DNA of 64,000 nt from an uncultured Candidatus Nitrosopumilus sp. (GTDB taxonomy: Archaea; Thermoproteota; Nitrososphaeria; Nitrososphaerales; Nitrosopumilaceae): the NCBI GenBank assembly GCA_905612485.1, contig CAJQSE010000009.1, forward strand, positions 20,193-84,192. Reading direction: 5' to 3'. Numbering within the stretch: the stretch's first letter is position 1; the number at the start of each line of letters is the position of its first letter. Position numbers and translations under genes: made by a program. Below, piece by piece: positions 45,171 to 54,133 of the stretch. The notes below the pieces were generated by a model. That model had not been told where the DNA came from, did not search any database, and worked only from the letters and a program-made list of their open reading frames with translations.

Positions 45171-45230
45171 GATAATCTATTAGATATCACACAAAAATGC
45201 TTATCTGAATTAGATTCATGAGTTTCTGTT

Positions 45231-45899
45231 ATGGGGTTGTTTGATAAATTTAGTAAAACATTTGACAAGTTTGGGTATGACTTAGATGGGTATGATAAAA
45301 ATGGGTATGATAAAAATGGGTATGATAAAAATGGGTATGATAAAAAGGGATACAACAAAGAGGGATATGATAAAAATAGGTACAACAGAGATGGATACAA
45401 CAAAAATGGATATGATAAAAAGGGATACAACAAAAAGGGATACAACAAAAATGGATATGATAAAAATGGGTATGACTTAGATGGATATGATAAAAATGGT
45501 TTTTCTTTTGATGGAATTCACATTGATACAAAAATAAATTTTGATAAAGATGGGTGCAACAAAAAGGGATACAACAAAGAGGGATACAACAAAAAGGGAT
45601 ATGATAAAGAGGGATATGATAAAGAGGGATACAACAAAAATGGATATGATAAAGAGGGATACAACAAAAATGGATATGATAAAGAGGGATACAACAAAAA
45701 TGGATATGATAAAGAGGGATATGATAAAGAGGAGTATGATAAAGAGGGATATGATAAAGAGGGATACAACAAAGAGGGATATGATAAAGAGGAGTATGAT
45801 AGACTTGGGTATGATCACCTAGGTTACAACAAAGAGGGATACAACAAAGAGGGATACAACAAATTTAATAAAAATAAAATCGAAGTAAAAAAGGATTAA
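45231..45899 (+). CDS. G-Y-[DN]-K-x pentapeptide-repeat protein (15-bp tandem repeats)
   Basis: About 37 pentapeptide units in two blocks; N-terminal MGLFDKF. Confidence 0.85.
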   Translation: MGLFDKFSKTFDKFGYDLDGYDKNGYDKNGYDKNGYDKKGYNKEGYDKNRYNRDGYNKNGYDKKGYNKKGYNKNGYDKNGYDLDGYDKNGFSFDGIHIDTKINFDKDGCNKKGYNKEGYNKKGYDKEGYDKEGYNKNGYDKEGYNKNGYDKEGYNKNGYDKEGYDKEEYDKEGYDKEGYNKEGYDKEEYDRLGYDHLGYNKEGYNKEGYNKFNKNKIEVKKD

Positions 45900-46007
45900 T
45901 GAAATACCCTATCTACTGCATGCCCGCTCCATGTTCTATCAAACGCATACAATAGACAACCTAAGCATTTGCATGCATTAGATAACAAATTACTTCCCCA
46001 ACTTTAT

Positions 46008-46074
46008 AAAAAACAAGCGATACCTCCCTTTCTTTATGATTAATTGTTGAAAATTGAGGTTATGATTGGCCTAA
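46008..46074. repeat. Imperfect ~50-bp direct repeat, copy B
   Basis: aaaaaacaag-N11-tttctttatgattaattgttgaaaattg-(12 nt insert)-gcctaa. Confidence 0.75.
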
Positions 46075-46304
46075 CTATGATATTTCCACATTTCGCCAAT
46101 AAAATCACATTCTCGACACACATAGATTAGATTCATTGAAGGTTGTCCAACATGTTGTCTTTCCCATTGCATTAATCCTGAACATTTGGTACATGGTTTA
46201 GTTGCTGGGTGTATTCGTTTCACATGTTCCCGACATTCATCAAGATCCTCAAATGGTTTGTTACAAGCGTCACATCTTTCTTTCTTCTTTCCCAATAATC
46301 CCAT
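46071..46304 (-). CDS. C2H2 + zinc-ribbon small protein
   Basis: CDAC..HVKRIH, CTKC...CREC. Confidence 0.8.
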   Translation of the reverse strand: MGLLGKKKERCDACNKPFEDLDECREHVKRIHPATKPCTKCSGLMQWERQHVGQPSMNLIYVCRECDFIGEMWKYHS

Positions 46305-46379
46305 GATAATCTACTAAATATCCCACTAAAAAAAGACACTCCCACTAGAATTCACATATTGTGCAGCAAATACTCTTTT

Positions 46380-46481
46380 TTAAAGTAAAATAATTCCAAA
46401 AGCTTGTGCAATAATTGCAAAAACAGTAACAATCACAATTTTTTTACCAAGACTCAAATTTTTTAATGATTCAAATTTCAA
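46380..46481 (-). CDS. 33-aa single-TM micropeptide
   Basis: TTG start, MKFESLKNLSLGKKIVIVTVFAIIAQAFGIILL*. Confidence 0.5.
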   Translation of the reverse strand: MKFESLKNLSLGKKIVIVTVFAIIAQAFGIILL

Positions 46482-46683
46482 TATAAATAATTAATAAAAA
46501 TTTTCATTAATGTGTTACCATCAAGATAATTTTAATCATAATGAAAACATTGTTCCTAATGACATCTTATAGATCCTCATCGTAGCAGATGGCACTAGAA
46601 ACAATTAGTTTCAAATTTTACCATATTATAATCTAAAAAAATTCAATTATCAAAAAAATAGTTCAAAATAAGTAGATGGCAAT

Positions 46684-46698
46684 ATGCTTAAGTTCATA
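46684..46698 (+). promoter_or_regulatory. Duplicated promoter element atgcttaagttcata (second copy 46966-46980)
   Basis: Exact 15-mer beginning 32 nt before the start codons at both 46716 and 46998. Confidence 0.7.
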
Positions 46699-46715
46699 AT
46701 TTTTACATAAAAAAC

Positions 46716-46949
46716 ATGAAAGAGGAAAAAATGAAAATTATGTGTAAATGGTGCAATGTTTCCACACATTGTCATATTGTTAGTGAAGAAGTGTCAGAAC
46801 ATCATGGGGCATATGGGATTGACAGTGTCAAAATTGGTAAAATTAAAATCCACAAGCATTTCAAAGGAAAAAATTATTGCAAAGGATCAGATAGGACAAT
46901 TACTATCCCCCTAGATAAGATAAAAGATAACAAAGTGCACTATCATTAA
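46716..46949 (+). CDS. Cys/His-rich small protein
   Basis: CKWC...H.H...CKGS. Confidence 0.75.
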   Translation: MKEEKMKIMCKWCNVSTHCHIVSEEVSEHHGAYGIDSVKIGKIKIHKHFKGKNYCKGSDRTITIPLDKIKDNKVHYH

Positions 46950-46997
46950 AATTCTAAATATCAACATGCTTAAGTTCATAGAAAATTTAGTAATTTA

Positions 46998-47225
46998 TTG
47001 AATAATCGACGTATTGGTTTAGCCCTATTAATTTCATCAATCATTATTGGAATCATTGTTTTAGCAATGAATAATTATTTACCAAATGGAATATTATTAC
47101 CAATTTTAATAATCAATGGAATTGGATTTGTTAGTGGCATAGTATTATTAAATTACAAGGCAAAACATTCTAAGCGTGACAAAAGTAAATTTAAAAGAAC
47201 TAATACTAAAACTTGGGATAATTAA
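46998..47225 (+). CDS. Two-TM small membrane protein
   Basis: Two hydrophobic helices and a basic tail. Confidence 0.7.
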   Translation: MNNRRIGLALLISSIIIGIIVLAMNNYLPNGILLPILIINGIGFVSGIVLLNYKAKHSKRDKSKFKRTNTKTWDN

Positions 47226-47289
47226 ATTACAAATTAATGTCAAATATTAGTCGTAAACTACTTAATTCACTCAAATTACAATTTTACAT

Positions 47290-47367
47290 ATGGTTAGCAA
47301 AGCAAGTATTCTTGGATTAATTGCTGCACTAGCTGTTGTATTAATTGCAATAGTAATGGTAGATTAA
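47290..47367 (+). CDS. 25-aa single-TM micropeptide
   Basis: MVSKASILGLIAALAVVLIAIVMVD*; stop lies 2 nt before the next ATG. Confidence 0.55.
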   Translation: MVSKASILGLIAALAVVLIAIVMVD

Positions 47368-47369
47368 TC

Positions 47370-47672
47370 ATGATTGAATCTTCACTTTCAAAATTAGATG
47401 ATAAAGGAGTTTTTACAATTGTAAAAGTAGAAAATGTTGAACGTAAATTAGGAAAAGAAACCATTACTGAAGTGAATATTGAAACTGAAGAAGAATTTGA
47501 CGGTGTAAAAAAATTTTACACATCAAGAAAGATGATTGTTGCAAAATTTTTTGATAATGACAAACCAACCACATTGTCACAAGACATTCTAAAAGGGAAA
47601 AAATACAGAGTAAAAATTATCACACAAAAATTTGCAAATGGAAAAGAAGATTACGATATTGCAAAATCATGA
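47370..47672 (+). CDS. Hypothetical protein (beta-rich, possibly OB-fold)
   Basis: 100-aa ORF with alternating beta-strand pattern. Confidence 0.7.
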   Translation: MIESSLSKLDDKGVFTIVKVENVERKLGKETITEVNIETEEEFDGVKKFYTSRKMIVAKFFDNDKPTTLSQDILKGKKYRVKIITQKFANGKEDYDIAKS

Positions 47673-47741
47673 AAATGTTTTTAATTATAAAAAAAATTGT
47701 AGGTATTGGTTATATTCAGTAAATTACAAATGAATTCATGA

Positions 47742-47882
47742 ATGATAGTAATTGTCCCAAATGGAGTTTGTAAACAATGTTATCAATCAGTCACTGTTCT
47801 AATACAAAAAAATGAATTACAAATGTGGATATCAGATATGAATGTAAAAGATACGGTCACATTAGTAGAAAATAACTATTAA
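47742..47882 (+). CDS. 46-aa small protein with CxxC
   Basis: MIVIVPNGVCKQCYQSVTVLIQKNELQMWISDMNVKDTVTLVENNY*. Confidence 0.45.
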   Translation: MIVIVPNGVCKQCYQSVTVLIQKNELQMWISDMNVKDTVTLVENNY

Positions 47883-47909
47883 GCATAAAAAACATCATCA
47901 AAATATATC

Positions 47910-48002
47910 ATGAATTGGAAAAAATGGGCAATCATTTGGGCAGTGGCAATAGGATTGTACATAGGCTTACAATGGTATTCAGAATCGAATCCAATTCCAT
48001 AA
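47910..48002 (+). CDS. 30-aa Trp-rich single-TM micropeptide
   Basis: MNWKKWAIIWAVAIGLYIGLQWYSESNPIP*. Confidence 0.6.
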   Translation: MNWKKWAIIWAVAIGLYIGLQWYSESNPIP

Positions 48003-48058
48003 AAAAATTAATTTAAAAATAGGATCAATCTTAAATATTATTTTTACATAATACAATT

Positions 48059-48156
48059 AACAAGAAACCATCATCTCGGCGTAGTAGAGTGATGAGTAAG
48101 GAAAACAATTCATGTTAGGATGCATTTACGCTCAATGTTTTCGCCCCTTTCTTGTT
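48059..48156 (+). ncRNA. Candidate structured non-coding RNA
   Basis: 9-bp closing stem aacaagaaa/tttcttgtt enclosing two hairpins; upstream cttaaata box and downstream T-rich tract. Confidence 0.45.
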
Positions 48157-48195
48157 GTTTTAAAATTTCGAAAGAAATAAAGAAATAGAAAGGTT

Positions 48196-48297
48196 TTATC
48201 CAAAACTCAAATCAGGGTTTTTACAAAAAGTACATTTTTCCATTAAACCAAATTCATTCATGAACTTTCCTTTTCCATCACATTGAAGACAATCCAA
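48196..48297 (-). CDS. 33-aa DnaJ-type zinc-finger microprotein
   Basis: TTG start, MDCLQCDGKGKFMNEFGLMEKCTFCKNPDLSFG* (CxxCxGxG...CxxC). Confidence 0.55.
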   Translation of the reverse strand: MDCLQCDGKGKFMNEFGLMEKCTFCKNPDLSFG

Positions 48298-48395
48298 GTT
48301 GATCTAAATTGCCGAAGATAGCAATAAGCTTTTTGGAAAAATATGCCTTCATCAATTTAGGCACAAATATTCAGCTTTTTATTATAACAAGTTGA

Positions 48396-48650
48396 ATGAT
48401 AATTATGATCGAAAAAGAGGATGCAAAAAAAGTCATCGAAGTGATTGGAAATAATCTGATAGGAGTATCACATGATTCAAACAGTTTTCAAAAATTACCA
48501 GACTCTTTTTGGGGATATTTTGCAAGGGGTCATGATAAAAAAGGAACATTTGGAGTTGTTGTCACATATTCTGAGGATGGAAAGGATGTGGATGAATTAA
48601 TGAAAATGTATGAAGAATGGGCAAAACAAAATAAACCTCAGGCAAAATAA
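48396..48650 (+). CDS. Hypothetical protein
   Basis: 84-aa ORF with plausible codon use. Confidence 0.7.
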   Translation: MIIMIEKEDAKKVIEVIGNNLIGVSHDSNSFQKLPDSFWGYFARGHDKKGTFGVVVTYSEDGKDVDELMKMYEEWAKQNKPQAK

Positions 48651-48651
48651 T

Positions 48652-48783
48652 CTATTTAGTTTCTTTCAAAAGTTTTCGGTAACCTTCACATTCTTTACAA
48701 ACAGGTTTTCCCTTGTACTTTGGATTACCATCTTTGATCTTTAATGTGCCAGGAGCAATTTTACAAATACAACAAACTACCAT
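48652..48783 (-). CDS. 43-aa CxxC..CxxC zinc-finger protein
   Basis: MVVCCICKIAPGTLKIKDGNPKYKGKPVCKECEGYRKLLKETK*. Confidence 0.7.
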   Translation of the reverse strand: MVVCCICKIAPGTLKIKDGNPKYKGKPVCKECEGYRKLLKETK

Positions 48784-48824
48784 GTAAAATAAGGAAAATA
48801 TGCAACTAATAAAAATTGGTAATT

Positions 48825-49838
48825 TTAGAGATTATCAGTAATTTGTTTTGTAAATTCTGAAGTAGTCTGATCCCCACCAATATCTTTAGTTTTAATTCCA
48901 GATTTTACCAAATCAAATATAGTGGATTCTAATTTTGTAGCAACCTCAAAACACGTTGGATCATTATGTTTTGCACCAAGCCAATCAAGCATCATTTTAA
49001 TTGAAAGTAAAAAGGATGAAGGGTTTGCAATATTTTGTCCCGCAATATCAAATGCAGCACCATGAACGGGTTCAAACAATGCAAAGTTATCACCAATATT
49101 TGCAGCAGGTGCCATACCCAATCCTCCAACTACTTGAGAGGATTCATCAGACAAAATATCACCAAAAAGATTTGTAGTGACTATTACATCAAATTGCTCA
49201 GGTTGACGAATTAAATTCATTGCACATGCATCCACATACATTTCTTCAAATATAATATCAGGATATTCTTTTGAAACTTCAGTACATGCTTTAACAAATA
49301 ATCCATCAGTAATTCGCATAACATTTGATTTATGAACACATGTAACTTTTTTCATTGAATCACGTTGTTGTGCAGTTTCAAAAGCATATTTTGCAATTCT
49401 TTTAGATGCATCCTCAGAAATAACCCTCAAAGCCACTGCAGAATTACCAAGACTGAACTCCTTACCAATGTAAAGATCTTCAGTGTTTTCACGAACAATT
49501 ACCATATCAATATCATCACGTAATGCAGGCATATGCGGATATGATTTTGCAGGTCTTATGTTAGCATAAAGGTCAAGTATTCGTCTCAAAACCACAATAA
49601 CATCAGCAGCACTTTCGCCAACAGGTGCCTTCAAACAAACATCAGAATTTTTGATAGTGTCAATTACATTATCAGGAAGAGCCTTGCCAGTTTCTTCTAA
49701 TGCCTTGTCACCTGCAGATAATTTTGTAATTTCAAATTTTAAATCAAATTTATCAGTAATTGCATTTAATACAGAAATTGCAGATTTAGATAATTCAGGT
49801 CCAATCCCGTCACCAGTAATTAATGAAATTTTATACAT
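48825..49838 (-). CDS. leuB: 3-isopropylmalate dehydrogenase (IPMDH/IDH family)
   Basis: GDGIGPE, VRENTE, NLFGDILSD, EPVHGAA; follows leuA. Confidence 0.9.
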   Translation of the reverse strand: MYKISLITGDGIGPELSKSAISVLNAITDKFDLKFEITKLSAGDKALEETGKALPDNVIDTIKNSDVCLKAPVGESAADVIVVLRRILDLYANIRPAKSYPHMPALRDDIDMVIVRENTEDLYIGKEFSLGNSAVALRVISEDASKRIAKYAFETAQQRDSMKKVTCVHKSNVMRITDGLFVKACTEVSKEYPDIIFEEMYVDACAMNLIRQPEQFDVIVTTNLFGDILSDESSQVVGGLGMAPAANIGDNFALFEPVHGAAFDIAGQNIANPSSFLLSIKMMLDWLGAKHNDPTCFEVATKLESTIFDLVKSGIKTKDIGGDQTTSEFTKQITDNL

Positions 49839-49860
49839 GATATCACAACAATAACAAAAT

Positions 49861-51375
49861 TCAGTTTATCTGTTTTTCTTTAAGCATTTCTTTAAGCATA
49901 ATTCTATTAATTCCATCAATCACAGCTTGTACACTGGTAGTAACAATATCTTTACCAATAGATTTTGAAGAAACACTATTTCCATGTGGATCCTCAACAG
50001 TTATTGTAACTTCACAGAGGGCAGTTGCACCACCAGAAATAGATGCTAATCCATAATCAGTAATTTTTAATTCTGAAACTTTACCAGTAATTTTTTGAAT
50101 TGCATTTAATGCAGCATCCACAGGTCCAACACCATAATCAGTTCCAATAAAATCTTCACCGTCAATATTTAATTTTACAAATGCATAGGGCATAATTCCA
50201 ATTCCAGTAGATACAGAGAATCCAGATAATTGTACAATTTTTTTAATTCCTTTTTCACCCAAAACATCACTTGCTATAGAAAGTAATTCAACATCTGTGA
50301 TTTGCTTCCCTTGATCACCTAAGACTTTAATTTTTTCAAGAATTTGTTTTGATTGTTCCTCATTAGTTGTAACCCCAAATTCCTCAAGCATTGCATTCAT
50401 TCCATGAATTCCAGCATGTTTTCCAATACGAAGTTGTCTTTTTCTTCCAACTAATTCAGGACTGATTGGTTCGTAAGTAAGAGGGTTGTTTAAAACTCCA
50501 TGAGTATGAATGCCAGATTCATGTCCAAATGCATTATCTCCCACAATAGCTTTGTTTGGCTGGACTTTAATACCTACAATTTTTGAAATATATCTAGAAG
50601 TGTCATAGATTAATTCAGATTTAATATTAGTTTCATATTTTTGATCTTGTGGCAAACATTGTAATGCCATAGAAAGTTCTTCCAAAGATGCATTTCCAGC
50701 ACGTTCACCTATACCATTAATTGTTACATGAGCACATGATGCGCCAGCATGAATTCCAGATAATGCATTTGCAACAGCTAATCCAAAATCATTGTGACAA
50801 TGAACACTAACAGGAAGTTTTGTTGCAAGAATTGTATCTTTAGTGATATCTGCCATATATTCAGGAGTAGAGTATCCAACAGTATCAGGAATGTCAACTC
50901 TATCAGCTCCGGCTTTAGCAACTTCACTAAATACATTTTTTAAAAATTCTCTATCAGTTCTAGTGGCATCTTCAGCAGAGAATTCAACTTGTAACCCTCT
51001 GGATTTTCCATATTCAACAGCTTCAATTGCTTTCTCAAGTGCTTGATCTCTAGTCATTTGAAGTTTATACTGTAAATGAATATCTGAAGTTGCAATGAAT
51101 GTGTGAATATAATTTAAACCAGCATCAACTGCCACATCAATATCTCCTTTGATGGTTCTTGTTAATCCTGCAATCTCACAAGATAATCCTTCACTAGTAA
51201 TCATTTTAACGGCTTTTGCTTCACCTTCAGAAATTACGGGGAAACCAGCTTCTATAGCGTCAACCCCAAGTTCATCAAGTTTTTTAGCAATAGATAATTT
51301 TTGATCTGGAGATAAGGAAACACCAATAGTTTGTTCTCCATCTCTTAATGTAGTATCAAATATTCTAACTTTCAA
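49861..51375 (-). CDS. leuA: 2-isopropylmalate synthase / citramalate synthase family
   Basis: DTTLRDGEQ, HCHNDFG, GIGERAGN, C-terminal regulatory domain. Confidence 0.9.
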   Translation of the reverse strand: MKVRIFDTTLRDGEQTIGVSLSPDQKLSIAKKLDELGVDAIEAGFPVISEGEAKAVKMITSEGLSCEIAGLTRTIKGDIDVAVDAGLNYIHTFIATSDIHLQYKLQMTRDQALEKAIEAVEYGKSRGLQVEFSAEDATRTDREFLKNVFSEVAKAGADRVDIPDTVGYSTPEYMADITKDTILATKLPVSVHCHNDFGLAVANALSGIHAGASCAHVTINGIGERAGNASLEELSMALQCLPQDQKYETNIKSELIYDTSRYISKIVGIKVQPNKAIVGDNAFGHESGIHTHGVLNNPLTYEPISPELVGRKRQLRIGKHAGIHGMNAMLEEFGVTTNEEQSKQILEKIKVLGDQGKQITDVELLSIASDVLGEKGIKKIVQLSGFSVSTGIGIMPYAFVKLNIDGEDFIGTDYGVGPVDAALNAIQKITGKVSELKITDYGLASISGGATALCEVTITVEDPHGNSVSSKSIGKDIVTTSVQAVIDGINRIMLKEMLKEKQIN

Positions 51376-51857
51376 GATCCGCTCCTTTGTAAAGCAGTGA
51401 CACCGGTTCTTGCAACATCTATTATTCCAAATGGTTGTGCTAATTCTTCAAATGCTTTGATTTGATCAGGAGTTGCAGTTAATTCAACCATGATGGAATT
51501 CTTTTTCACATCATGTACTTTCCCGCCATATGCATTAGCCAATTTGTTAATTTCCATACTATCATTAGCATTGTTAAGGTTTAACTTAAAAATACAGAGC
51601 TCACGAAATACTGTTTTATGCTCATCTAAATGTATAACCTCAACAGTATCTATCATTTTATCAAGCTGTTTTACAATTTGTTCAATTTGTTTATCATCAC
51701 CATATGTAGTAATTGTCATTCTGGAATAATTTTCATCATCAGTGATTCCAACAGAGATACTATCAATATTGAAATTTCTGGATCTAAAAAGATGAGTTAC
51801 TTTAAACAAAATTCCTGGTTTATTTTCAACTAAAATAGAAAGAATTGCCCACATCAT
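51372..51857 (-). CDS. ilvH: Acetolactate synthase small (regulatory) subunit
   Basis: VENKPGIL..LF.SRNFNIDS ACT domain, VARTG. Confidence 0.93.
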   Translation of the reverse strand: MMWAILSILVENKPGILFKVTHLFRSRNFNIDSISVGITDDENYSRMTITTYGDDKQIEQIVKQLDKMIDTVEVIHLDEHKTVFRELCIFKLNLNNANDSMEINKLANAYGGKVHDVKKNSIMVELTATPDQIKAFEELAQPFGIIDVARTGVTALQRSGS

Positions 51858-51863
51858 TAATCA

Positions 51864-53551
51864 CTAAGAAGGTAAAATCATATCCGAAAGCGAAGTTCCA
51901 GGTGCTACAAATGGCAATACATCTTCTTCAGGATCAATTGGAATATCAATTACAGTTGCAACGTCACTACTTAATGCAGATTTAATTGCCTTGTCAAGTT
52001 CATCCATAGATTGTGCTCTAATTCCTTGAGCTCCATAAGATTCAGCTAATTTAACATAGTCAGGACATCCGCCTTGATCTACTCCAACCATTCGTCTATC
52101 ATAAAATGTTCTTTGCCATTGAGCAACCATTCCCAATGTAGAATTATTTAAAATAAATACAATTACAGGTATATCTTCCAACACAGCAGTTGCAAGAGAA
52201 TTTTCAGTCATACTAAAACTTCCATCTCCAGCTATATCAACAACAGGGACATCAGGTCTAGCAACTTTTGCACCAATAGATGCAGGAAATCCCCAACCCA
52301 TAGTACCAAGACCAGTTGAACTAAAGAAAGTTCCAGGTTGAATTACATCATAAAATAATGAAGCCCACATTTGATGTTGACCTACTTCAGTAGTAACAAC
52401 AGATTCTTTTGGCAATAATTCTCTAAGTTTTCTCAAAATCTTTGCAGCCCCCATTTCACCAGGATGAAGTTTCAAATTTTCTTTCCAATATGCTTTAGTT
52501 TCTCTAACGTGTTTAATCCAAAGAGAATCTTCAGTTTTTTAACTGATCTTTGTAAAAGTAATTTTACCATAATTCTAAGAGATGCACGAACATCTCCAAC
52601 CACAGCTACACTGGTAGTTTGGTTTTTACCAATTTCAGCAGGATCAACATCCATGTGAATAATTTTTAAACGTTTTTCAAATGCCTCAAAAGTTCCAACA
52701 GACCGGTCAGAAAATCTAGTTCCTATTGCTAAAACACAATCAGCTTCTGTCATCATTTTATTTGCTTCAGCATGACCATGCATTCCAATTGGTCCCAAAG
52801 ATAAAGGATGGTTTTCTGGAAATGCGCCTTTTCCTTTAAAAGTTGTAACTACAGGAAGCATCAAAGTTTCAGCAATAGCTTGTAATTCAGCAAATGCTGA
52901 TGAAATAATAGTTCCACCACCAGCTAAAATAATTGGTTTTTCAGAATTAAGTAACATATCAATTGCTTTTTGAACAGAAGCAATATCAGGATCATTCCAA
53001 GGATGATAACCTTGTATTTTAAATTCATCAGGGAAATCCATAGGTGCTTCATTTTGCTGAACGTCTTTAGGGATATCAAGAAGTACAGGTCCAGGCCGTC
53101 CAGTTTGGGCAATGTAAAATCCTTTTTTCACAGCTTCAGGAACTTCTTCAGGTAATCTTGGTTGAAATGCATATTTGACAACAGGGTTTGCCATACCAAT
53201 GATATCACTTTCTTGAAATGCATCTCTACCAATCATTGCAACAGGTACTTGACCAGTTACAGCAATCATAGGAGCTGAATCAGCTTGTGCAGTTGCAAGT
53301 CCAGTTAAAATATTTGTAGCACCAGGACCAGAAGTTGCAAAACAAACTCCAGCTTTTCTACTAACACGACCAAATCCATCAGCCATATGTGCTGCAGATT
53401 GTTCATGCCTTACCAAAATATGTCTAATATCACATCTTGCAAATTCATCATACATTGGAAGATTTGCACCTCCAGGTAAACCAAATACCTGTTTAACACC
53501 TTCTTTTTCCATAGCGGTCATCAAGGCTTTTGCACCAGTCATAGTTTCCAT
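51864..53551 (-). pseudogene. ilvB: Acetolactate synthase large subunit split by a single-base frameshift
   Basis: N-part RHEQ, TSGPGATN, GRPGPV; C-part GQHQMW, GDGSF; adding one A to the A6 run (52535-52540) restores ...VKKTEDSLWIKHVRETKAYWKENLKLHP... Confidence 0.9.
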
Positions 53552-53712
53552 ATTATTAATTTAATTTTTCACCATAATTTAAAATGTTTTAAAATTTTAA
53601 GCACAGATTATCTAAATATAGTAATAATCTATGATTAACAGGTTTTTACTCATAAAGATCATTTTAAGCGATTTAGTCAGATAGACTTAAACAGATAATT
53701 TTTAGATTCGAA

Positions 53713-54126
53713 GTGATCATTTTGACAGATAATGAAGAAATTATTAAAATCATAGAGACATTATTTGAATCTGGAGTTACAAAGGATCTAAGTAAATTGA
53801 GAGGAATTCATTTAGATGATCCTAAATTTTCAAGTTTCAGTGATTTGCCACCCTATGATCTAAAGGATTATCAAACCACAATGGAATTAGAAGAATTAAG
53901 ATTCATCAGTATTTCAGATTATAGTTATGAAATAAAAAATCCAAAAATAAGTATTTTTGAAAATTTTGCAATTGTAGCATTGGAATTAATTCAAAAAGGA
54001 TTACTAGTAGACAACAAAGCATACACCGGTGAACATATGACAATTAACGGACGTGCAACTTTTGTGTTAGTAAAGCAACCAACATGGAAAATTGCACATA
54101 TTCATTTATCAAAGATTGATAAGTAG
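53713..54126 (+). CDS. NTF2/SnoaL-like protein
   Basis: C-terminal GRATFVLVK..WKIAHIHLS. Confidence 0.8.
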   Translation: MIILTDNEEIIKIIETLFESGVTKDLSKLRGIHLDDPKFSSFSDLPPYDLKDYQTTMELEELRFISISDYSYEIKNPKISIFENFAIVALELIQKGLLVDNKAYTGEHMTINGRATFVLVKQPTWKIAHIHLSKIDK

Positions 54127-54133
54127 ATTTAAA

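Noticed and set aside
45134-45822. Alternative-frame and antisense repeat ORFs (LYPFL, MIKRD, IISLF repeats)
   Set aside because: These are by-products of a stop-poor 15-bp repeat; only the GYDK frame spans the whole repeat with unique N- and C-termini
48085-48142. Hammerhead ribozyme or box C/D RNA (GUGAUGA...GAAA)
   Set aside because: It lacks the C of CUGANGA and a stem II, and has no CUGA D box; kept only as an unknown structured RNA
44908-48820. Provirus or integrative element at aspS
   Set aside because: No integrase, capsid or replication gene, no tRNA target and no duplicated aspS 3' end were seen
53645-53660. ttactcataaaga resembling the reverse complement of the island repeat core
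   Set aside because: Only the central 13 nt match and the flanking conserved blocks are absent
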